Shown here: positions 10,034 to 16,406 of the stretch, one piece after another
How the letters are laid out: every line of letters starts with the position of its first letter
How positions within the stretch are numbered: position 1 is the first letter of the stretch
Assembly: GCA_963813075.1 (NCBI GenBank)
Contig: CAWEXU010000024.1
Span: 1-19,015 of the forward strand
Reading direction: 5' to 3'
Source of the DNA: Methanotrichaceae archaeon
GTDB taxonomy: Archaea > Halobacteriota > Methanosarcinia > Methanotrichales > Methanotrichaceae
Length of the DNA: 19,015 bases
Notes under the pieces: model-generated
Database searches by the model: none
What the model saw: the letters and a program-made list of their open reading frames with translations, nothing else
Told to the model about the DNA's origin: nothing
Program-made: the position numbers and the translations under genes

Positions 10034-10105
10034 CCTATACCTATCTAACCTGCTTAACCTGCCTATGCCTATCTATGCCTACCTAAGCCTATCTAACTGT
10101 ACCTG
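10034..10105 (-). repeat. Degenerate ~9-10-nt tandem array (TAGRTAGGYW-like) in the leader of the ABC operon
   Basis: The minus strand reads CAGGTACAGTTAGATAGGCTTAGGTAGGCATAGATAGGCATAGGCAGGTTAAGCAGGTTAGATAGGTATAG, running directly into GTGATTGCATTG. Confidence 0.8.
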
Positions 10106-10142
10106 TGATTATACCAAATTGTCATCATCTGGGGAAAGATCG

Positions 10143-10149
10143 GTATAAA
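10143..10149 (-). promoter_or_regulatory. Candidate TATA box for the binding protein-permease(-mat) transcript
   Basis: CTTTATA on the minus strand, ~120 nt upstream of the start, within the divergent intergenic region. Confidence 0.4.
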
Positions 10150-10274
10150 GCAGTTTCCGGCCATACGGCAGTAATTTCCCATTCTGGACAAATGTGTGGC
10201 CATATCATACAAAATGGCTAAAGAATAGGGGGGCAATCGGCATATTGAAAGGGAAATACGGATAATGATATAGT

Positions 10275-11579
10275 ATGGCATGCAAGGTAGCCAGGAAAGG
10301 ATTCACTGAGGTTCTGGAGAAGATAGGGCGGGGTGAGGCGGTTGTCCTCACTGCAGAAGAGGTATCCCGTCTGGTAGAGGATGAGGATCGGTCAAGCCTT
10401 GTGGATGTGGATGTGGTCACCACTGCCACCCGAGCGGTGATGAGCGGTACCTATGCCGTTCTCTCCTTCCCTGTAGCTGGACCGGGATCATTTCTCAGGG
10501 CAGAGAATGTCTGGCTGAACGGCATATCGTCTCAGGTGGGCCCCTGCCCCAATGAGAAGCTGGGGCTGCTGGATCTGGTCGTATTCGGCACCGCCCACAG
10601 CCGCGACCGGCCGGATTATGGCGGAGGCCATCTCTTTCGGGATCTGGTAGAGGGAAAGACGATTGCAGTGGAGGTGCAAACGGATGAGGGAGGATTGCTG
10701 CAGGCAGAGGTGGGACTGGAGGATATGCCCCAGGCCCGGATGTTCGGCTCCCGCCATGCTTTCAAGAACTACTCCGCTTTTGTCAACCCCGGCTCTCAGC
10801 CGGTCAGGACCATCTTTCATGCCCGCGGCTTTGAGCCTCACTGCCGGGGGGCCACCTTTTCCGGCTGCGGCCAGATCAATCCCCTGAAGAACGATCCCCT
10901 GCTGGAGACGATAGGCGTAGGGACGCGCATCCTCCTAAACGGTGCCGAGGGCTATGTACTGGGCACAGGAACCCGCAGCAGCCGGGATAAGCCAAATCTG
11001 TCCGGGTTTGCGGATATGCACCAGATGTCCGCGGAGTACATGGGAGGGTTTGCCACCAGCGCCGGCCCGGAGTGCATATGCTCGTTGGCGGTGCCCATAC
11101 CGGTGATCAGCCCCACCATCCTGGAGGAGATCGCCCGCAGAGATCGGGAGATCGCCCTGCCGGTCAATGACATCAACACCCGGACGGCCATCGGCCAGGC
11201 CGATTATGGGGATGTCTGGGAGGACGCGGACCTGGAGGTGGAGTTTGATCCGCAGCAATGCAGGAGCTGCAGGCGCTGCCAGGTGGAGAGGGCCTGCCCC
11301 ATGAGGGCCGTCCGCTATGATCAGGGAGCGCATGTGGCCAGCAGAGATGAGGCGCTCTGCTTTCACTGCGGCCTGTGCGTGAGCGAGTGTCCCAACAGCG
11401 CCTTCCGCTGCCGTCTGGGAGCAGTGCGGATGAAGACCGCCTCCGGAAATGTCCGGGAGGTTCCGGTGGTCCTGCGCCAGTCGGACAGGCTCAGGGCTCT
11501 GAAGCTATCTGGGGAGCTGAAAAATAGGATTCTGGATGGCTCGTTCAGGATGGCTCCGCCGGTAGAGCGGATTGGATGA
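10275..11579 (+). CDS. Methanogenesis marker 16 metalloprotein (DUF39-like domain plus C-terminal 2x[4Fe-4S] ferredoxin); proposed ComF
   Basis: EAVVLTAEE, VDVVTTATRAVMSGT, GPCPNEKLG.LD...GT, YGGGHLFRDLVEGK, SGCGQINPLKNDP, IGVGTRILLNGAEG; ferredoxin motifs CRSCRRC.....CP and CFHCGLCVSECP; VVLRQSDR tail; adjacent to comDE. Confidence 0.85.
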   Translation: MACKVARKGFTEVLEKIGRGEAVVLTAEEVSRLVEDEDRSSLVDVDVVTTATRAVMSGTYAVLSFPVAGPGSFLRAENVWLNGISSQVGPCPNEKLGLLDLVVFGTAHSRDRPDYGGGHLFRDLVEGKTIAVEVQTDEGGLLQAEVGLEDMPQARMFGSRHAFKNYSAFVNPGSQPVRTIFHARGFEPHCRGATFSGCGQINPLKNDPLLETIGVGTRILLNGAEGYVLGTGTRSSRDKPNLSGFADMHQMSAEYMGGFATSAGPECICSLAVPIPVISPTILEEIARRDREIALPVNDINTRTAIGQADYGDVWEDADLEVEFDPQQCRSCRRCQVERACPMRAVRYDQGAHVASRDEALCFHCGLCVSECPNSAFRCRLGAVRMKTASGNVREVPVVLRQSDRLRALKLSGELKNRILDGSFRMAPPVERIG

Positions 11580-12105
11580 ACCTTTCGATTATCTGCTCCG
11601 GCACAAGGTCGATTATGGGGACGCTGGCATTGCCCGCCTCCACCTTAGCCACCACCACACCCTGCCCTTGCAGAGCCCTTGAAAAAGCTTCGGGGTCGGC
11701 CGCCTTTTCCACATTCCTTACCCCTGCCCCGCGGGCGACGGCGGCAAGGTCGGTGCAGTAGCAAGTGCAGGTGGGCTGCGAGCCGGTGGAGCCGTAGCAG
11801 CAGTTATCCAGAATCACCAGCAGAAAGTTCTCCGGGCCGTGCAGGGCGATGGTGGCCAGGGTCCCCAGGTTCATCAGAACTGAGCCATCGCCGTCCAGGA
11901 CGATCACCTTTCTCTCCGGTCTTGCCAGGGCCAGGCCCAGGCCGATGGAGGAGGCCATGCCCATGGAGCCGAGCATATAGAAGTTCTCCGGCCGGTCGCA
12001 GACTGAGTACAGCTCCCGGCTGGGGTAGCCGATATTCGAGATCAAAAGAGCATTTTGCCCCTGGGCGAACTTGGCTGCTAATGCGATGGCTTCGATGCGT
12101 TTCAT
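11545..12105 (-). CDS. comE: Sulfopyruvate decarboxylase beta subunit
   Basis: NIGYPSREL, NFYMLGSMGMASSIGLGLA, TPP motif DGDGSVLMN...DN, YGSTGSQ. The ATG at 12105 overlaps the comD stop (ATGA). Confidence 0.92.
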   Translation of the reverse strand: MKRIEAIALAAKFAQGQNALLISNIGYPSRELYSVCDRPENFYMLGSMGMASSIGLGLALARPERKVIVLDGDGSVLMNLGTLATIALHGPENFLLVILDNCCYGSTGSQPTCTCYCTDLAAVARGAGVRNVEKAADPEAFSRALQGQGVVVAKVEAGNASVPIIDLVPEQIIERFIQSALPAEPS

Positions 12106-12599
12106 GCTCCCCTCCAATAGTTCAGGTCCAGGAGAACGGCTGCCGGACGGCGCCTCTTTTGGGCCTCATCCCAGGATGCCACCACTGCCTTTTCACCCTC
12201 TCCGCTTGCCGGTGTTTGATAGGGGATGTCAAGGGTCTGGAGCAGGGGGATGGTGAGCTGGCCCATGGGCACCTGGCCTATTATCGGCTCGCCTGCTACG
12301 CCCCGGTGGCTGATGATCATGAGCAGGGGAATGCCGTAGAGCAGATCGAGCGAGGCCAGGGCATTGATGCAGTTTCCTAAACCTGAGTTTTGCATGAGCA
12401 GGGCAGGCCTTCGTCCTCCCATCCAGGCTCCGGCGCACAGGCCCACTCCCTCCTCCTCCCTGGTGACGGGCAGGTGGATGATATCCGGGTCTTCGTCGAC
12501 CTGGGTCAGGAGCTCTTGCAGGTTGACGCAGGGGACGGAGGCGGCGAAGTCTATCCCGGAATGCTTCAGGCCGCGGTAGATGGCGAGGCTGGGGGACAT
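12102..12599 (-). CDS. comD: Sulfopyruvate decarboxylase alpha subunit
   Basis: SVPCVNL, VTREEEGVGLCAGA, LMQNSGLGN.INALASL, SHRG..GE.I.GQVPMG. Confidence 0.92.
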   Translation of the reverse strand: MSPSLAIYRGLKHSGIDFAASVPCVNLQELLTQVDEDPDIIHLPVTREEEGVGLCAGAWMGGRRPALLMQNSGLGNCINALASLDLLYGIPLLMIISHRGVAGEPIIGQVPMGQLTIPLLQTLDIPYQTPASGEGEKAVVASWDEAQKRRRPAAVLLDLNYWRGA

Positions 12600-12919
12600 A
12601 GTATTGTGTTAGTGCTGGCTGGAGAAAAAGGTTATTGCGGGTAGGGCTTTGGATTTGTTATCCTGTTCTGGCCATCCGGTCAGAGGGGCAATAATATTAT
12701 TAAGATCAATTATATCCTCCAAGCAGGCCTTGGTCAACTGTTGACTTGGCACAGTTAAAACCATTACCCTGCTCACTGAGCAAGTCAAGCCCTAAAACCT
12801 TATATCTTAACGAGCTGGACAACACCACCAACTAGCCTAACTACCACTGCATGGTCACTGCCCACAGGCGAGGATCTGCAAATTTCTTTCGAAGAGCTGC
12901 ACTGGATGAGCCAATATGA

Positions 12920-13333
12920 TCAGCAGCAAAGATCAGGTGTTAATGTCCCCACTGCTTCAGAACCGCGCTTCAACATCTCTTTATCCCAGGTGATAAGCGT
13001 GGCATCAAAATATTCTGCAACAGCTACATAAATAGAGTCAGCACCTCTCAATCGATATCTTAGTGCGACATTTGAAGCCTTTCTGGCCAGGGCAAGATCA
13101 AGAGGAATCAGATTAATGCCGGGCAGATCTTCAATTATGCTTACAAGCTCCTCTGCCAGTGAAGGATCGTCCGTCTGCCTGGAGATTGCGGCTGCACATT
13201 CAGCCAGAACGATTGTGGGGCAGTAGATCTCATGAATCTGTGCTTTTCTCAGTAATTCTCGACTAATTTGATAATTGGGCTCATCGGAACGAGCAGATGC
13301 GACAAAGACGCTGGCATCTATGACCCATTTCAC
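12920..13333 (-). CDS. vapC: PIN-domain (VapC-like) toxin
   Basis: VIDASV, P.IVLAE and LRGADSIYVAVA......LITWDKE carry the PIN acidic residues. The GTG start overlaps the upstream TGA. Confidence 0.88.
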   Translation of the reverse strand: MKWVIDASVFVASARSDEPNYQISRELLRKAQIHEIYCPTIVLAECAAAISRQTDDPSLAEELVSIIEDLPGINLIPLDLALARKASNVALRYRLRGADSIYVAVAEYFDATLITWDKEMLKRGSEAVGTLTPDLCC

Positions 13334-13590
13334 CTTCGCATCTCCGAAAGGACATCCACGGCGCTTCTCTCTCCTTTCCAGGAACGGCTCACTCTTTGGG
13401 CCAGGTCATCCATTTGAGCATCCCAATCAATGTCAGTCTTTTGTGCGGTCTTTTCGGGCTTTAAGGATATGAGCAGAGCTACAGGACCACCTTCCGGACC
13501 GGTTAGCGTAATGGATTCCCCAAGAGAAAGCCCTTTTAGCAGCTTCTCCAAATTGCATTCAGCATTCTTTAACGGGACGGCTTGAGACAT
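13330..13590 (-). CDS. Putative antitoxin (Phd/YefM-like N-terminus) cognate to the PIN toxin
   Basis: MSQAVPLKNAECNLEKLLKGLSLGESITLTGPEGGPVALL fits the Phd pattern (A...L..LL......GE.I.IT..G.PVA.L). The SAVDVLSEMRR tail is typical of PIN-toxin partners, and the gene overlaps the toxin by GTGA. Confidence 0.75.
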   Translation of the reverse strand: MSQAVPLKNAECNLEKLLKGLSLGESITLTGPEGGPVALLISLKPEKTAQKTDIDWDAQMDDLAQRVSRSWKGERSAVDVLSEMRR

Positions 13591-13858
13591 CTTATCTTCC
13601 TTAAACTTAGTTCTTGTTCCGCTTTTCATTTAATTCTTTGCTTCGTGAACCCCCGAGGCGGGATTGGGATAGTGAGAGGATTCAATGGTTATGGATTGCG
13701 ATATATTAAAGGAAAAATACGCCAGGCGGGCCCAGGTGAAAGTGTGAACTGCTTTGATGAGTGAGGATCGAAAGATATCGAATGTCATCATATTTGAGTT
13801 CTCGAATTCAGGCCAGTTATCAAGGCTAAGATTGATTTACACAGACTGTTTTTTTTGT

Positions 13859-13952
13859 GCACGCCGCGAGTCGGCCCACCGGGCCTCCCGCGCTAGTGCC
13901 CTGGTCCCCTCAACGCCGGGGTGGCTTGGATACAATAGGGGCAAGCCGTTGA
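13859..13952 (-). other. GC-rich double stem-loop element (candidate ncRNA or DNA hairpin)
   Basis: Minus-strand hairpin GCAC-CGCGGG-GGCCC(GGT)GGGCC-CTCGCG-GTGC at 13859-13899. A second hairpin has nested arms TCAAC..GGCTTG / CAAGCC-GTTGA at 13910-13952. The flanks are AT-rich. Confidence 0.45.
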
Positions 13953-14076
13953 TGGTATGAGCTGCAACAATACGAATATTAATTGTATGTGGTATGAAAA
14001 GACAGCGTAGGATCCATATGCATAATTGACTGCGCAAGTGTTTTATAATTAAAATTGAATTCGCTAGACGGGCGAA

Positions 14077-14102
14077 GGCCACGTCTTTTCAGACATGGAT
14101 AC
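14077..14102 (-). CRISPR. Single 3'-truncated CRISPR repeat, type I-G-like; no spacers
   Basis: Minus strand GTATCCATGTCTGAAAAGACGTGGCC has a 7-bp stem CCATGTC/GACGTGG followed by CC. It matches the 5' part of I-G-type repeats that normally end CCATTGAAGC and lies just after a leader downstream of cas2. Confidence 0.55.
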
Positions 14103-14409
14103 TGGCGGCCATTTTTCGGCCACTGATGCTATCGAAAAAAAGCGGATTTTCACGAACCCCCTTGACTTGCACTAATATCTTAATAAAGTTGACCTCGTCA
14201 AAGAGGCATTTTCGATATGCTCTGATCTTTCACGCGCCTCCCGGGGTCTTGGATACCACCTTGGTGCGTGAAATTGGGACTTTCTCAGTCCATTCTTCCA
14301 TCCGTCTGGCTCGGATGGCCCTGTTGGACAGGGGCCTGCTTACCAAATCGAGCATTTTGCTTTTATTTATCAATGTTCAAATCTGTTGCGGTTTCTTTCT
14401 GGCGGATCG
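14103..14409 (-). promoter_or_regulatory. CRISPR leader
   Basis: Non-coding stretch between the cas2 stop and the partial repeat. It contains the 8-bp inverted repeat TTTCACGC/GCGTGAAA (14228-14273) enclosing CCCCGGGAGG and a third related copy GGTTCGTGAAA (14148-14158), resembling I-C/I-G leader motifs. Confidence 0.6.
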
Positions 14410-14646
14410 TCAAAAGATAACCGCTCCTCTCTCCGATTCTCGCGGTTTGACTCCGATAAATTCAACTCTGTCCATAACCATACCCTCCTCCGGACCAAGA
14501 TCAATGATCATAATCCGATACGGATCATGTTTTATCAGCTCAAAAAGCGAAGCTTTCATCTCCACCAGGCCTTTTGGAGTCAAATTGCATCGGAAAACCA
14601 AGTAGTGTATCGGCTCACCGAATCCTTTCATGGTCTTATGAACTTG
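14410..14646 (-). pseudogene. cas2: 5'-truncated cas2, type I-G(I-U)-like
   Basis: QVHKTMKGFGEPIHYLVFRCNL....LVEMKASLFELIKHDPYRIMIIDLGP..G....RVEFIG resembles I-G Cas2 (V.K.M.G.G...QYSVF.C.L...I.H.ED.V..IDLGP). The N-terminal Y(L/I)V.YDI strand with the catalytic Asp and a proper start codon are missing. Confidence 0.75.
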
Positions 14647-14654
14647 AAATTGCC

Positions 14655-14891
14655 TTACCCTTCCAGGCAAAACTCTTGAGGCCACAGGCCATGCTCTTCA
14701 GAGGCCATAGAGCCAGCATCCTCAGCTTCGAAGCGGCACCGGATCATCTCATCGATCTCCGAGAGCCTGACCCTGAAGACCTCTGCCAGGATCTCCTTGG
14801 CGGCCTCCAGCTCCATAGCCTTCAGATCACGGTGCACTACCTTATTTTGTGGCCTGACTAGCTGCTCCAAGACTCCTGCCATGATGAGCAT
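14655..14891 (-). CDS. Small hypothetical helical protein
   Basis: 78-aa ORF with an amphipathic core (ELEAAKEILAEVFRVRLSEIDEMIR) and host-like codon use. An alternative ATG is at 14882. Confidence 0.6.
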   Translation of the reverse strand: MLIMAGVLEQLVRPQNKVVHRDLKAMELEAAKEILAEVFRVRLSEIDEMIRCRFEAEDAGSMASEEHGLWPQEFCLEG

Positions 14892-15032
14892 TTACTACGT
14901 GCAAGGTTAAGTACTTTGGCAGGAAAACAATATCAATAAACCATTTTTACATAATAGAAAGTATGGATAAGATACAAAGAATGGAATAAAGATCTGCCAG
15001 GCAAAAGTCCGAATGCTGCCTTGGGGATTACC

Positions 15033-15350
15033 TTACAATTTCTGTGCCTTTATTCCATTGATTGTTCCATGATCTCTAAATTCTATAAGTTCTTTAGCTT
15101 TTTTCGCCGCTTTGTCGGATTGCCAAATACTATAAATCCCAAATAAAGCACAAAGTCCGCCCAAGCCCAAGCCTAGCTCTCGATTGAAAATAGCTATCAC
15201 AAACCAGAATGCGCAGATAAATATATAAATTTTAAAATGTTTTTTATTATCTTTTGCAGTATATTCTGCAGCATATATTGCACAATCGAGATGATCGCAT
15301 TTGTCAGATATATTGCACTTCCTCTTAATATCGTAATGATGATTCCACGC
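15033..15350 (-). pseudogene. AT-rich ORF for a small two-TM membrane protein with no start codon at the 5' end of the frame
   Basis: 105 sense codons between TAG and TAA: AWNHHYDIKRKCNISDKCDHLDCAIYAAEYTAKDNKKHFKIYIFICAFWFVIAIFNRELGLGLGGLCALFGIYSIWQSDKAAKKAKELIEFRDHGTINGIKAQKL*. It is absent from the ORF track. Confidence 0.5.
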
Positions 15351-15543
15351 CTAAGCTATAATATAGTTTATAGGAGGTCGAATATCTTTTGATCACCCCA
15401 TTCTCCAGTTCAAGATGTATGGCCATACTCACACCAATTCTACATGAGATAATATTGATCCATTACATAAAAAATTGCCGACAATTGCTTTACCCACTGA
15501 ATAAGGGAATAAGGAGTATTCCGAAGATACAGCAGTCAGGGGC

Positions 15544-15810
15544 TCAAAAGATAAATTTGCAAAATTTAAAATAGTGCCCATGTGTCCAGGCCATAGACTT
15601 TGTGAGCATAAGGATTTCATTGGAGATGTGCTTCCTCCGATTGTAGACCAGGTCATCATCCACCGGTTCAAGATACAATTCAATCGCTTCTCGTATGTTT
15701 TTCAATGCCTCTTCGCGGGTATCGCCCTCGCTGATGCATCCAGGATGGGTAAGCACCAGCACAGAAAATCCGCCTTCCTCACTCCGTTCGAGCACTACTA
15801 CAAGTTTCAT
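15544..15810 (-). CDS. hicB: HicB-family antitoxin (short UPF0150 type), possibly degenerate
   Basis: MKLVVVLERSEEGGFSVLV...PGCISEGDTREEALKNIREAIELYLE. The usual VPxLPG appears as VLTHPG, and the C-terminus after PVDDDLVY looks non-homologous. Confidence 0.8.
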   Translation of the reverse strand: MKLVVVLERSEEGGFSVLVLTHPGCISEGDTREEALKNIREAIELYLEPVDDDLVYNRRKHISNEILMLTKSMAWTHGHYFKFCKFIF

Positions 15811-16084
15811 TGTATTTCTCCCAATTACGTCTTATTATTTGATTTTCCTGCTGGATTTTGATTCATTATTGGAGGCGGCGAAGTCTATCACGGCATGCTT
15901 CCGGTCGCGGTTAAAGTCGCAATTAGCCCGTGGCCCGGATGGCGTATAATTCCATTAATATTCTCAAAGAGGGCAGAGCGTGAATAGCAGTACCTCAGCC
16001 AGACGGAAAGGGGCTCTGTTTCTCTGCATTGCCTCCTCACCAGATGGCAAAGGACAATTACGTTAGGGCGTCATATGCTGAACC

Positions 16085-16355
16085 ATGAATCCCGGCGAAG
16101 AGAAAATCCTCTCCATAGAGCTAGTGAGCCGTAAATCCAGAATCTATTGCTTTTCTGTGGTTATAAAGAGGGATGTAGACGGGTATTATGCATTCACTCC
16201 CAGGTTGCAGGGATGCTACTCTCAGGGAGACTCATATGAAGAGGTGATGGAAAACATCAGGGATGCCATCCGGCTCCATGTAGAAGATCGATTGGATTGC
16301 GGCGAAGAAATCCCTCAAAAATGAATCAATCAGCCTGACTTCGCAGCAGGCATGA
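16085..16355 (+). CDS. hicB: HicB-family antitoxin (short type); extra A in the run at 16317-16321
   Basis: FSVVIKRDVDGYYAFTPRLQGCYSQGDSYEEVMENIRDAIRLHVEDRL..GEEIP. Removing one A extends it as QNESISLTSQQA* (TGA 16353-16355), which resembles typical HicB tails. Confidence 0.82.
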
Positions 16356-16406
16356 TCTCCAAAGCCCACCCATCCCTGTATCCAAAGGGATCCAATCCGA
16401 TCAGCC

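Noticed and set aside
11545..12599. Phosphonopyruvate decarboxylase as an alternative to ComDE
   Set aside because: The split alpha/beta layout, methanogen context and adjacency to marker-16 favour ComDE, and there is no PEP mutase nearby.
13645..13670. AATCCCGCCTCGGGGGTTCA on the minus strand, resembling a tRNA 3' end or att site
   Set aside because: There is no TTCRA T-loop, no cloverleaf and no second copy in the window.
13837..14082. 81-aa minus-strand ORF and 68-aa plus-strand ORF over the hairpin region
   Set aside because: Their composition is not protein-like, and the region is better explained as non-coding structure.
14077..14102. A functional CRISPR array
   Set aside because: Only one partial repeat is present; I found no second repeat or spacer elsewhere in the window.
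14126..14605. 159-aa plus-strand ORF
   Set aside because: It is antisense to the cas2 remnant and leader and has no motifs.
15988..15997. CAGTACCTCA, resembling an ISH3-family terminal inverted repeat
   Set aside because: It is only 10 bp, with no partner end or transposase seen, so it may be chance.
12835..16068. Integron cassette array, suggested by GCCTAAC at 12835 and GTTAGGG at 16062
   Set aside because: These are isolated 7-mers without paired attC arms at suitable spacing, and no integron integrase is present.
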